From an uncultured Acidobacteriota bacterium (GTDB lineage Bacteria; Acidobacteriota; Thermoanaerobaculia; Multivoradales; UBA5704): a stretch of 64,000 nt of DNA. Shown one piece after another: positions 40,888-51,897 of this stretch. The position numbers were made by a program, and so were the translations under genes. The stretch spans positions 1,952,001 through 2,016,000 of the forward strand of contig OY969474.1 of the NCBI GenBank assembly GCA_963700145.1, given 5' to 3'. The notes beneath the pieces were generated by a model. The model ran no database searches, was not told the DNA's origin, and saw nothing but the letters and a program-made list of their open reading frames with translations. Position 1 is the first letter of the stretch; each line of letters opens with the position of its first letter.

Positions 40888-42963
40888 CTAGCCCGCCGCC
40901 TTGGCGACGACTTCCTCACTGACGTTCTTGGGCGCCTGCTCGTAGGCGGCGAACTGCATGCTGTAGTTGGCCCGCCCCTGCGACTCCGAGCGCAGGTCGG
41001 TGGCGTAGCCGAACATCTCCGCCAGCGGCACGCGGCAGGTGATGACCTGGACGCTGCCGCGCGCTTCCATCTGCTGGATGCGGCCGCGGCGCGAGGTGAT
41101 GTCGCCGATGATCTCCCCCATGTACTCCTCGGGGGTGACCACCTCGACCGCCATGATCGGCTCCATCAGCACCGGCCGGGCGCGCTTGCAGGCGTCCTGG
41201 AAGGCCATCGAGCCGGCGATCTTGAAGGCGATCTCCGAGGAGTCCACCTCGTGGAAGCTGCCCTCGTAGAGGTCCACCTCGATGCCGGTCGTGGGGTACC
41301 CGGCGACCGGCCCCGTCTCCATCGCCTCGCGGATGCCCTGGTCGATCGGCTTGATGAACTCGCGGGGGATGGAGCCGCCGACGATCTTGTTGTTGAAGAG
41401 GTAGTCCCCCTCGGCGAGCGGGCGGATGCGGATCTTGGCGTGCCCGTACTGGCCGCGGCCGCCGGTCTGCTTGACGTAGCGCCCCTCCCCCTCGGCCTCG
41501 GCGGTGATCGTCTCGCGGTACGCCACCTGGGGGCGCCCGACGTTGGCGCCGACGTTGAACTCGCGCACCAGCCGGTCGGTGATGATCTCGAGGTGCAGCT
41601 CCCCCATCCCGGCGATGATCGTCTGGCCGGTCTCCGGGTCGGTGTGGACGCGGAAGGTGGGGTCCTCCTGCATGAGCTTCCCGAGGGCGACTGAGAGCTT
41701 CTCCTGGTCCGCCTTAGTCTTGGGCTCGATCGAGACCGCGATGACCGGCTCGGGGAAGCTCATCGCCTCCAGCGCCACCGGGTGCTTGGGGTCGCAGATC
41801 GTGTCGCCGGTGGTGACGTTCTTGAGCCCCACGGCGGCGGCGATGTCGCCCGCCCAGACCTCCGAGATCTCCTCGCGCTTGTTGGCGTGCATCTTGAGGA
41901 GGCGGCCGATCCGCTCGTTGCTGCCGCGCTTGACGTTCATGACCGGCTGCCCGGACTCGATGTGCCCCGAGTAGACGCGGAAGTAGGCGAGGTGCCCGAC
42001 GAAGGGGTCGGTCATGATCTTGAAGACCAGCGCGGCGAACGGCTCGGCGTCGGCCGCCTGGCGGACGATCGTCTGCTCGCTGTGCGGGTCGAGCCCTTCC
42101 ATCGGCGGCACGTCGAGCGGCGAGGGGAGGTAGTCCACGACCGCGTCGAGCAGCGGCTGCACGCCCTTGTTCTTGAAGGCGCTGCCGCAGATGACCGGCT
42201 GCAGCTGCCCGGCCACCGTGGCGCGCCGCAGGCCGGCCTTGAGCTCGTCGTTGGTGACCTCCTCGCCCGAGAGGTACTTCTCGAGCAGCTGCTCGTCGGT
42301 CTCGGCGATCGCCTCGACCATCTGCTCGCGCGCCTTGTGGGCGCGGTCGAGGTGCTCCTCGGGGATGTCCACCAGCTCGTAGTCGGCGCCCAGGGTCTCG
42401 TCCTTGTAGAAGATCCCCTTCATCGCCACCAGGTCGATGACGCCGCGGAAGTTCTCCTCGCGCCCCCAGGGGAGCTGGATCGGCACCGGATGGGCGTTGA
42501 GGCGCGTGCGCATCATCGCCACGCAGCGCTCGAAATCGGCGCCGACGCGGTCCATCTTGTTGACGAAGGCGATGCGCGGCACCCGATACCGGTCGGCCTG
42601 GCGCCACACCGTCTCCGACTGCGGCTCGACGCCGGCGACGGCGTCGAACACCGCCACCGCGCCGTCGAGGACGCGCAGCGACCGCTCGACCTCGGCCGTG
42701 AAGTCGACGTGGCCGGGGGTGTCGATGATGTTGATCCGGTGGTTCCGCCAGAAGCAGGTGGTGGCCGCCGAGGTGATCGTGATGCCGCGCTCCTGCTCCT
42801 GCACCATCCAGTCCATGGTCGCGGTCCCCTCGTGGACCTCGCCGATCTTGTAGTTGACCCCGGTGTAGAAGAGGATCCGCTCGGTGGTGGTCGTCTTCCC
42901 GGCATCGATGTGGGCCATGATGCCGATGTTCCGGGTGTCGCTGAGGGGAGATTGCCGTGCCAT
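40888..42963 (-). CDS. fusA: Elongation factor G
   Basis: [23 protein letters not shown]. Confidence 0.99.
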   Translation of the reverse strand: MARQSPLSDTRNIGIMAHIDAGKTTTTERILFYTGVNYKIGEVHEGTATMDWMVQEQERGITITSAATTCFWRNHRINIIDTPGHVDFTAEVERSLRVLDGAVAVFDAVAGVEPQSETVWRQADRYRVPRIAFVNKMDRVGADFERCVAMMRTRLNAHPVPIQLPWGREENFRGVIDLVAMKGIFYKDETLGADYELVDIPEEHLDRAHKAREQMVEAIAETDEQLLEKYLSGEEVTNDELKAGLRRATVAGQLQPVICGSAFKNKGVQPLLDAVVDYLPSPLDVPPMEGLDPHSEQTIVRQAADAEPFAALVFKIMTDPFVGHLAYFRVYSGHIESGQPVMNVKRGSNERIGRLLKMHANKREEISEVWAGDIAAAVGLKNVTTGDTICDPKHPVALEAMSFPEPVIAVSIEPKTKADQEKLSVALGKLMQEDPTFRVHTDPETGQTIIAGMGELHLEIITDRLVREFNVGANVGRPQVAYRETITAEAEGEGRYVKQTGGRGQYGHAKIRIRPLAEGDYLFNNKIVGGSIPREFIKPIDQGIREAMETGPVAGYPTTGIEVDLYEGSFHEVDSSEIAFKIAGSMAFQDACKRARPVLMEPIMAVEVVTPEEYMGEIIGDITSRRGRIQQMEARGSVQVITCRVPLAEMFGYATDLRSESQGRANYSMQFAAYEQAPKNVSEEVVAKAAG

Positions 42964-43004
42964 GGTCGTAACTCGGAGCTAGGTTTCGCCGATCGCCTTT
43001 CTGC

Positions 43005-43896
<892 letters not shown>

Positions 43897-44087
43897 GCCT
43901 CGTAGCTCTCCTCAGGGGCCCCTCGGCCCCGCTCGTCCCCGCCGCCGCAAACAGAGCGGCGCGCCCCCTACCGTCGAGGGCGCCCGACGAGAACACTCTT
44001 CCCCTGAACCCAAGTTCAGAGATTGGTTACGGACGAAACGACCCCGCCCCGGTCCCGGGCGGGACCCTCGGCGGCGAAAACCCGCGG

Positions 44088-44187
44088 ATCGTAGCAGAGG
44101 CTAGGGCGCCCCGTCAAACCGGGAGCCGAGGGCCGGAGGCCGTCAGCGGGAGGGCGGAGTATAGGGGGAAGAGAAGGGCGGGCGCAA
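44088..44187 (-). promoter_or_regulatory. Two tandem sigma70-type promoters for the str operon
   Basis: TTGCGC-18-TATACT (44187-44158) and TTGACG-18-TACGAT with TGn extension (44117-44088). Confidence 0.6.
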
Positions 44188-44310
44188 GGGATGTCCCCTG
44201 GGTGGCGGAAATGCGGCAGGTTGGGCCGCCGAGCTCACAACGGGCGCCGGAAACGGACAGCATCAGGGCGGCACCAGGGACTCGCCACGGTCGGACATAG
44301 GCAGGCCGGA

Positions 44311-44335
44311 GTGGGCGCGAGGTTTACGCGCCCAC
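44311..44335. terminator. Perfect 9-bp stem hairpin downstream of the CHAT operon (terminator or REP-like)
   Basis: GTGGGCGCG-aggttta-CGCGCCCAC. Confidence 0.45.
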
Positions 44336-44468
44336 CAACCGAACGCTTAAACTGCCTTCGTCATTATCCGATTCAAATACATTTGCCATCCTACCTGACC
44401 GCTTGCAGATGCCACCGGTGTCAGGCTTCTGAGGTTACGCAAGAACTTCGACACAAGCCCCGCACACC

Positions 44469-45542
44469 CTATCCGTTCTTGCTCGGCCTAAATTGGCGAT
44501 GGTCGCACTCAGTGGCGAGGTGCGGCCACACAGGAGGAATCGCTACCTTCGATGCAGCCGTGGAGGTAATCACATTGTACTGGAATTCTTCGAGATCTTT
44601 CTCACACGAACCGGGAGATACTCCTTCCTCACGATACTCCTTGAACACACGGCGAGCAGCCCCAGAACTTCTGTCACTGAGGAGTTCGAAGAAGGCCTCT
44701 GAGTGGCGCTTAAGCATGGCACTGTAGCAGTTCGACGATGGTTGGGGGTTGTTTGGATTTTCCCAATGACCAACTAGAAGGGTTACCGTGCTGCTTCCGT
44801 GAGTGGGCCGCAGCGCCGCCGCCGCCTTTTGCGTTTCGCGGCCGAAGTCGAACGACTTGATTTCCACTTCGTCACCTTCGACGATCAATTCCACTACGAT
44901 CGCATCGGCCGCAGCCTGCGTGTAGTTTGGCACCAAGGTTCCGTCTGGCAACTTGAAGTTGAACGTAGCTATCCGATCTCGATCACCAGCCAGGTCAATC
45001 GTGTCGTGCAAAAGATGGCAAGTGCTGGCGCGGCCCCCCGTGATCTTGAAACGAGCACTGATCGGACAGGTCTTCGCCTCCGCAAGGCAATCCTCATTGA
45101 TCGCACCCTTCCCTGAGGTTAAGACATCCATCTCCGGTATCCAAGAGAAGTCGGAAGTCTGAATGACATCGCTTGGAAACTCTGCTGGCTTACCCTGCAC
45201 CTGAACTCTAGTCTTACGCTCCAAGGCAAAACCAGGCAGTGCTCCGTCGATTTCGAGGTGCTCTCCGTCGAGCCACCAACGAAGCTTATATCTAGCGCCC
45301 ATTTGCTCCAAAGGGCCCGGCAACCCAACTCCCGCCGCACGAACGCGCTCGGCCGCAGGTTCACGAAGACAGTTTCCGTAACATTCTCCCTCCAAAAGCC
45401 AGACCCGGGGGGCATGATCCGGAATGTGGCACTGACCCTCGTGCACTGTAGACGCCTTGATCAAAAGCGCCGTCATCCCCTTTTCGACCTGCTCATTTGG
45501 AACGAAGCCGATCAGTCCCCAAAAGATCACGCGAACGATCAT
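44469..45542 (-). CDS. Hypothetical Cys-rich protein coupled to the CHAT protease gene
   Basis: 357-aa ORF in a lower-GC region; ATGA overlap and AAGGAGG RBS at the end of the CHAT gene. Confidence 0.75.
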   Translation of the reverse strand: MIVRVIFWGLIGFVPNEQVEKGMTALLIKASTVHEGQCHIPDHAPRVWLLEGECYGNCLREPAAERVRAAGVGLPGPLEQMGARYKLRWWLDGEHLEIDGALPGFALERKTRVQVQGKPAEFPSDVIQTSDFSWIPEMDVLTSGKGAINEDCLAEAKTCPISARFKITGGRASTCHLLHDTIDLAGDRDRIATFNFKLPDGTLVPNYTQAAADAIVVELIVEGDEVEIKSFDFGRETQKAAAALRPTHGSSTVTLLVGHWENPNNPQPSSNCYSAMLKRHSEAFFELLSDRSSGAARRVFKEYREEGVSPGSCEKDLEEFQYNVITSTAASKVAIPPVWPHLATECDHRQFRPSKNG

Positions 45543-48500
45543 ATCGCCTCCTTCTTCGGTTGTGTTATCTGTGGAACTACAGCCGTATAAACCTGAAAAG
45601 CAGCCCAGTCCAGCGAACGTCGAGCGCTCTGAGGCTGCCTTTGAAGGAATTCAACCTGAGCGTGTCTAAGTGCGATGACTGGAGGAGCACCGGCGGTCAG
45701 GCGTTCATGGAATCGTTCAAGCAGGCGACGAGTACTCTGATCCTCTATGTTCCAGAGACTGGCGATCACTGTAGGCACGCCGCGCGCAAGAAGCGGCCAC
45801 ACTATCCCTCCAATCCCCTCACCGGCAGCTACTGCTCCTTCGGCGGAGCCGCAACTCGCCAGGATGACTAGCTCGGTGCCAAGTACAACGGGGCCAAGCA
45901 GTTCCCTCGAGTAGAGAACTCCCGTCCCGCTATCCCGATCCGGCGCTAAAAGCAGCATAGACTGAAGAGGCGTCCTCTTGTTGAGAACCGCATGGCCACT
46001 AAAATGAAGAATGCGATACTTGCCCAGCGCTCCCCGAAATGCGCCCCGGGTAGCATTTCGACAACACACAACACTGGGACGCCGATAGAGTCGCCCTATG
46101 CGAGTACCTTCTTCCAATGCTCCTTGCAGATCGTGGGCATCTGCGAACAGTGAACGTCGAAAGGCCGGGTTGGCTATCACGAGAATCGAACCATCCGCGA
46201 AGCCCTCGCGGGCAACGTGCTGCCCCGGCCGGACCAAGACATTGAGACTTGGCGCGACGGCAAATGGTCTCTCTTCGATCAGCGTCCGACCGGTCTGTGA
46301 ATTTACCAATGCAGCGAGCGGGAGAGAATAGAGGCTGCCATCAAGAACAAATGTGACAACCTCATCTTTCTGAAGAAGTCTGTTGAGCGGACGTATTAGT
46401 ATGTCATAGAGCCGAATGGCTTCAGGCCGAACGGCTAGTTCGTCTCTCCGAGCTAGTTTGTTGAGCCGATCAATCTGCCTCTCTAAAAGAGACGCCGTAA
46501 CCGGAATTCTTACCAACTGGACTGATGTCGATCGAACTACCCAAAGAAGCAATGTATCTCCAAGGATCTTGTAGCTAACAAGCACAAAGGGCTTATTTAG
46601 CCGCGACTGCAGGGCAGCCACGGGCCTCGGCTGAGTTGAAATATCAATCGCAAAATGGTCAAAATCATTGCCTCTGGGTAAGGCGGACAGCCAATCAAGG
46701 AGCACGCGCGCCCGGGCCCGCTCCGAGTAGTCGAAAGCAAGATCATTATCTCCTCTCTTCACCTGCAGGGCAATCATATCGTCAAACGCCGAAGCAGAGC
46801 GGCTAGAGAAAGCGAGCCTGTAACTCCCTTGTGGCAAGGAGTTACGCTCTCGTTCCAGGAGATCGATAGCCCGAGCAAGGTCCTTCACCGCGGCCGCTTC
46901 CTCATTGAGATGAAGAAACGCCTGGGCTCGCAAGCGTAGCGCGTGTGGAAGCCTGAGGTCATGCCTTCGGTACTCATGAAACCTGAGAGCGGCGCTCAGG
47001 GATGCAATTGCTCCAGCCGGGTCACGAGTCCTCCGCACCTCTCCGTCCGCCAGGAGCAAATCGGCGACCACATTCTCACGCACTGACTGATCCGCGATGG
47101 CGGAACTACGATGCCGAGCGTGCTCGAGGTCATTAAGGGCCGAACGGTACCTGCCAGCTTCAAAAAGAATTAGGCCTCGATTCAAAAGAGCCGTGGTTAG
47201 AGCAAGCGGCTCATTCGTCTTTCGAGCAAGATGTAGCGCCTCCGTTTGAATGATGACCGCCGCGTCGGTATGACCAGATTCAAGGCTGGCAAAGGCGGCT
47301 TCCGTGAGAGCGAGACGAAGGCGATTAGGATTAATAGGCTTAGCCAAAGCCTGAATAGCACGAAGGCGATGGCGCCAGGCAGCAGGAGAATCGCCGAGTT
47401 CGTGAAGGGCGCTGGCTAGAAGGATGTGCACCGCACTTTGATGTTCGCTTTCTCCAGTTTGCTGGAAGAGTGCCAAGGCAGATTGATAAGCGCGCAGCGC
47501 CTCAGCAGGGCGGGCAAGCCCTAGAAGTGCGCTGCCCAAAAGCCATTGTGACCGCCCGGCAAGAATGGGATAGCGTGATTCGTCGATATCCTTGAGAAGC
47601 GCCTTGGTCAGTCTGTAAGCGTTCGGTAGGTCCGAACGTTGGTACGCGCAGCGGGCGAGAAGGAACTCGATCCAAAGCCTGCATGGCATGCTTGGTCGGC
47701 TGCAATACGAGCGCGCGCGCGCCAATGAACTCTCAGCTTCCGAGAACTGACGTGCCTTAACGAGGGAAAGCCCTTTGCCATAATTATCGATGCCAAACAC
47801 CAGTAGTCTAAACTCCGAGCTACCCTCTTCAAGTTGATCGATAAACGCAATCATGTCGGCGACTGATCGATCACCAGAAGTCTCCACTACCTTTTCGCTG
47901 ATGACGCGGGCCGAACTGAGAGCTCTGGCCGCGGCTAATCGGTGCTCGTCCAACCAGAGGTGAGCCCATGCTAGCAAAAGACCTTCCTCCGCATATTCAC
48001 GGCTTTCCTGTCGAAAGGCATTAACTATTGAGTAAATGGCTTGTCCGTCATTGAGACGTATCGCAGCTTGGAGTCGCTGTTTTTCTTGATCCCACATCTC
48101 AGCACTCGAAAGGGATGAGCCGCCTTGCAGTGAAGCCGTAGCTTCTCTAGCCCAACCTGAGCTCCCATCGAGCTCCAAATAGCGCTGTAAAGCCTCCGCA
48201 GCCTGCGAGGGAAGAAAGAGCTTTCGACATGCCAGCGCGCGGTTAAAGAGGGCTTCCGGGCTACTGGAATCGAGGCGAGTCGCCTTTTCTGCGGCCGAAA
48301 GCGCTCCTACTAGGTTGATGGGCCGGTCGAGAGCCTCAGCGCTCGCGATGTAGGCTGCCGCAAGATCAGAGAGGATTGCGGCATTCTGGGGAACGCGTCG
48401 ACTCGCCTGTTCCAAAATAGGAACGGCCTTCTCAGGGCGGTTTGTGACGAGATATAGGAGGCCCTTTGCCTGCAGAGCTTCTGGAGTAGCTCGAAGAGAC

Positions 48501-48775
48501 GCTTCTTTATAGATCTCGCGAGCTGCCTTACGTACGGCCTGATTACCGGGGAGCGCAGAACGGCCCGAACGCAGAAATAGTCCCTGAAAGGTGGGCGCAT
48601 ACGAAAAGCCGCCTGTCAAGCGCGACTCAACCGGCCGCTCCCCACCCGCTGCTGCAACGAGAGCCCTATGGCCAGCGCCTCCGGGAGCCGTAGCAAGTAC
48701 TTTGTTTCGGGGTGGCACTAATCCACAGGCGCAGACTGCGAGACTCAGCAGCAGGGCCGAATAGCGCAATACCAT
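45539..48775 (-). CDS. TPR-CHAT (caspase-like) protease with N-terminal signal/lipoprotein-like peptide
   Basis: Long TPR region; ILHFSGHA (His) and LASCGS (Cys) dyad; IASLWNIED, ALRHAQ, WAAF. Confidence 0.92.
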   Translation of the reverse strand: MVLRYSALLLSLAVCACGLVPPRNKVLATAPGGAGHRALVAAAGGERPVESRLTGGFSYAPTFQGLFLRSGRSALPGNQAVRKAAREIYKEASLRATPEALQAKGLLYLVTNRPEKAVPILEQASRRVPQNAAILSDLAAAYIASAEALDRPINLVGALSAAEKATRLDSSSPEALFNRALACRKLFLPSQAAEALQRYLELDGSSGWAREATASLQGGSSLSSAEMWDQEKQRLQAAIRLNDGQAIYSIVNAFRQESREYAEEGLLLAWAHLWLDEHRLAAARALSSARVISEKVVETSGDRSVADMIAFIDQLEEGSSEFRLLVFGIDNYGKGLSLVKARQFSEAESSLARARSYCSRPSMPCRLWIEFLLARCAYQRSDLPNAYRLTKALLKDIDESRYPILAGRSQWLLGSALLGLARPAEALRAYQSALALFQQTGESEHQSAVHILLASALHELGDSPAAWRHRLRAIQALAKPINPNRLRLALTEAAFASLESGHTDAAVIIQTEALHLARKTNEPLALTTALLNRGLILFEAGRYRSALNDLEHARHRSSAIADQSVRENVVADLLLADGEVRRTRDPAGAIASLSAALRFHEYRRHDLRLPHALRLRAQAFLHLNEEAAAVKDLARAIDLLERERNSLPQGSYRLAFSSRSASAFDDMIALQVKRGDNDLAFDYSERARARVLLDWLSALPRGNDFDHFAIDISTQPRPVAALQSRLNKPFVLVSYKILGDTLLLWVVRSTSVQLVRIPVTASLLERQIDRLNKLARRDELAVRPEAIRLYDILIRPLNRLLQKDEVVTFVLDGSLYSLPLAALVNSQTGRTLIEERPFAVAPSLNVLVRPGQHVAREGFADGSILVIANPAFRRSLFADAHDLQGALEEGTRIGRLYRRPSVVCCRNATRGAFRGALGKYRILHFSGHAVLNKRTPLQSMLLLAPDRDSGTGVLYSRELLGPVVLGTELVILASCGSAEGAVAAGEGIGGIVWPLLARGVPTVIASLWNIEDQSTRRLLERFHERLTAGAPPVIALRHAQVEFLQRQPQSARRSLDWAAFQVYTAVVPQITQPKKEAI

Positions 48776-48856
48776 ATCGTTCGCTACCCTTCTCCCCGCG
48801 AAGCCCGGTTCTCAAGATTCAACGCATTCACTGCCGCTCCTCCCGAGACACCTAAA

Positions 48857-49930
48857 TCATTCGTTTGCAACCTGCACTATCATCGAGCTAGAAACAGAGT
48901 TTCCGCCATGATCCCAGACGGTGACTATGACCTCGTGTGGGCCACTTCGCGATTCTAGGGTATTCCAGGCTCTGTCCCTATCGCTCTGCGTGAGCACCCG
49001 CGAGCCGTCCATGTTTGTCGCAATAATGTAAAACTTGCGCTCGGTATAACTCCCCTCAGACCGCGCGCTCGCGTCATCCTTATAGAGAGTATGCACCGCG
49101 AAAGGATCCGAACCTAGTTCACCATCAAGCACCACTATGGAACGGTAAACTTCTTGGTTGTCCTCGCTTCGTCGTACTATTACATCAATCTTGTAGGGAG
49201 CTACGTGCAAGTTCCCGGCAATGGTGTCATGGGCGAGCGCAACGATGTCTAGCCTGCCCCTCAAACTCAAAGGTGGCTGACAAGTAGCAGTTTCATTTTC
49301 ACAAAAGAGCAAAAGGTCGGTGCCTGTAGCCAATTCAAAGCTGGGGTCCGAGGTGTCCGCGTTAGGGCTTAAGTATAAGATGGGATTATCGATAGGGAAT
49401 GCTCTACTCCATCTCTTTCCCCCAAATCCTCTAACCCTGCTAAGATGAAGATGGTCGAAATTTGGCTCTGGCCAAGCTACAATCTTGCCGAGGTACGCTC
49501 CCTTTTGTACCGACTCTTCAATCGTCACGGCGATGCTGCTCCCCTCCAAGTGACAATAGACGTAACCCTCGCCACCATCAACTGGCTCCCCTATCATGAC
49601 ACATGAAAAATACTCAGACTGTGTATTGACGTATGTGACAGTGCCGTCTTCGACCGCATAAACCTCTCGAGGAGCACCCGCCAGAATATCGATGCCGTTA
49701 TGATGGTAGGGCCTGCCTTCTGGGTTCTGGTACTCACCGTAGCTATTGCCGATGGGATAGACAACATCGCCAGGGTCGAAAGGCCATCTAATTGCGGACT
49801 GTGCATTAAGAGGTGCGAGCCCCGGTTGCACGATGCTTAAAATGACGACCACTCGAGCCAGCAGTGCGCAACTGTCTGTCCATGACCCAATTCTATTGCG
49901 GAATGGCAAGGACATAGGGCTCACCATCAA
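48857..49930 (-). CDS. Exported M23 family metallopeptidase domain protein
   Basis: HHNGIDI, VYAVEDGTV, YCHL and HLH motifs. Confidence 0.8.
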   Translation of the reverse strand: MMVSPMSLPFRNRIGSWTDSCALLARVVVILSIVQPGLAPLNAQSAIRWPFDPGDVVYPIGNSYGEYQNPEGRPYHHNGIDILAGAPREVYAVEDGTVTYVNTQSEYFSCVMIGEPVDGGEGYVYCHLEGSSIAVTIEESVQKGAYLGKIVAWPEPNFDHLHLSRVRGFGGKRWSRAFPIDNPILYLSPNADTSDPSFELATGTDLLLFCENETATCQPPLSLRGRLDIVALAHDTIAGNLHVAPYKIDVIVRRSEDNQEVYRSIVVLDGELGSDPFAVHTLYKDDASARSEGSYTERKFYIIATNMDGSRVLTQSDRDRAWNTLESRSGPHEVIVTVWDHGGNSVSSSMIVQVANE

Positions 49931-51008
49931 GAGTCATGAAGAGTTTGGTGTTATCAACAAATTCCACGGTTGGCGTCGTCCCCTTCCATTCTTGGAAGTC
50001 CACAATTTCACGCTCTTGAAGAGTGCCCAGAAGATCGAGAATCACTATCTCAGCCTGGGCACGGCCCATCCCTGTTGACGTACGTCGTGTACTTATGGCG
50101 AGCGTGCTTACGGCGATGCGTTTTGCATCTGGCCGGAAATCGACATCTTCAAAATAGGCATTGGGCTTGGCTCGTACGCGCGATATCATTTCCCCTGTCG
50201 TGGTTCGTAGGACATACAAGTTCTCAGGGTCAATGATGACAAGGAGTGTACCGTCGTTGGAAAAGTCTACATCCGACGCAATTTTCGCGGTCGGAATGAT
50301 TACAGGCGATGGCAATGTGTCGTTGACGACAGTGACCTCTTCGGGTCGGATCAGAGCGATCGAGCGCCCGTCTGGCGATAGGCCGAAATCGAGTGCGGAC
50401 TTAAAGCGCTGGCGAACCTCAGCCGTACGGTCAAGCACTACGAGTTCGTCTTGAGTATTAACGGCGATCCGGGTTCCATCATGGTTGAGGTCCACCTTTT
50501 GAATGCCGACCTGCGATCTTGAACCTAAGACCTCGCCTTCTTTGCCATAGATCGTTAGTCGCCCTGCCGTCGGCAAGTGAATATCGCGAAGGGTTTCAAC
50601 CACCGTTGAGCCATCGTCGCTAATAGAGAAATCGGAGAACCCAGGTACGGTGACGTTCCACACAGGAAGCCAGTTCTGTAGGAACTCAAAGGTAGATATT
50701 CGCTTGCCCTCAAGAGTTTGGTAGCTCACGCGCCCTAACTGAGTTCGGTCCCGAGAAACTATTAGGCGCTGATTGCGGTCGAGTGAAATCGCGCTGGCGA
50801 TGGCGCTGTAGACCGGTGCTTTTTGATCCTTAGACAAATGAAGGTAGACATGGCCATCGCGAAACTCGATGGCAGCAACGTTGGGAGAATCCTCGTCAGG
50901 GAAGACCTTTTCCAGAGCCGGAGATCCGAGGCAGAGGTTGGGGAGTAGCACGGCGGACGCTGCTACGCCGGCTGATGCCCTAATGATGAAAGAAGCCAGC
51001 CGCCACAT
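49893..51008 (-). CDS. Exported WD40-like beta-propeller protein
   Basis: Repeats ISDDGS, LNHDGTRIAV, LSPDGRSIAL, FSNDGTLL, FRPDAKRIAV; signal peptide. Confidence 0.7.
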   Translation of the reverse strand: MWRLASFIIRASAGVAASAVLLPNLCLGSPALEKVFPDEDSPNVAAIEFRDGHVYLHLSKDQKAPVYSAIASAISLDRNQRLIVSRDRTQLGRVSYQTLEGKRISTFEFLQNWLPVWNVTVPGFSDFSISDDGSTVVETLRDIHLPTAGRLTIYGKEGEVLGSRSQVGIQKVDLNHDGTRIAVNTQDELVVLDRTAEVRQRFKSALDFGLSPDGRSIALIRPEEVTVVNDTLPSPVIIPTAKIASDVDFSNDGTLLVIIDPENLYVLRTTTGEMISRVRAKPNAYFEDVDFRPDAKRIAVSTLAISTRRTSTGMGRAQAEIVILDLLGTLQEREIVDFQEWKGTTPTVEFVDNTKLFMTLDGEPYVLAIPQ

Positions 51009-51077
51009 GGAGGGGCGGTGCTCGTGCCCCTTCTGAGTCACGCTATGATGCCCATAAGGTCAGCCCCGCGGTCTGCC

Positions 51078-51836
51078 ATGGATACTGTCCAGCTCATCCT
51101 CGCCAATCTCCCAAAGATCGAGACGCTCAGCCAGTACGTCTGTCGTCGCCACCACTGTGGGACGGACGAGGCGGAGGAATTCTCGGCGCACGTGAAGGCG
51201 AAGCTGGTGGCGGACGATTACGCCATCCTCCGGAAGTTCCAGGGCAAGAGCCGGTTTGAGACCTACCTTACCACGGTGATCACGCATCTGTTCCTGGACT
51301 GGCGGAATCATCTTTGGGGGAAGTGGCGGCCGTCGGCGGAGGCGCGGCGGCTGGGGCCGGAGGCGCGGAAGCTCGAGGAGCTGGCGCGGGACGGGTACAC
51401 GTTCGAGGAGTCCTGTGAGCTTCTACGCACAAACCACAAGGTGGTTCTGTCGCGGGCGGAGCTGGAGGCGCTAGCGGCTCGGCTGCCGGTGCGGCTGCCG
51501 CGGAAGATGGAGGGGGAGGAGCGGCTGGAGGGGCTGGCGGCGGGCGAACTGGGGCCGGACGAGCGCATACTGGAGCGGGAGCGGCAGGAGGCGCGGAGTC
51601 GGGTGTGGGAGGCGCTTGGGCGGGCTTGGGCGAAGTTGCCGGACGAAGATCGTCTCATCTTGAAGCTGCACTTCCAGCAGGGGATGCAGGTGGTCGAGAT
51701 CGCCCGCACGCTTCACTTGGAGCAGAAACCGCTCTACCGCCGGGTCGACCGGCTGAGGGAGACGTTACGGAAGGACCTCGAGCGGGAGGGGATCGGACGT
51801 GATCTCGTCGCTGAGGTGCTTGGAGAGGGAAAATAG
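51078..51836 (+). CDS. ECF-type sigma-70 family factor
   Basis: Region 2 FQGKSRFETYLTTV..DWR; region 4 LPDEDRLILKL..EIARTL. Confidence 0.85.
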   Translation: MDTVQLILANLPKIETLSQYVCRRHHCGTDEAEEFSAHVKAKLVADDYAILRKFQGKSRFETYLTTVITHLFLDWRNHLWGKWRPSAEARRLGPEARKLEELARDGYTFEESCELLRTNHKVVLSRAELEALAARLPVRLPRKMEGEERLEGLAAGELGPDERILERERQEARSRVWEALGRAWAKLPDEDRLILKLHFQQGMQVVEIARTLHLEQKPLYRRVDRLRETLRKDLEREGIGRDLVAEVLGEGK

Positions 51837-51897
51837 AGGAACTTCGATGAGTTGGTCCGTCCAATGGGCGAGGGGGAAGTAGGCTGTAGGTGAACGA

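Noticed and set aside
44191-44727. 178-aa plus-strand ORF at the island edge
   Set aside because: No recognisable motif; overlaps the minus-strand gene and a hairpin
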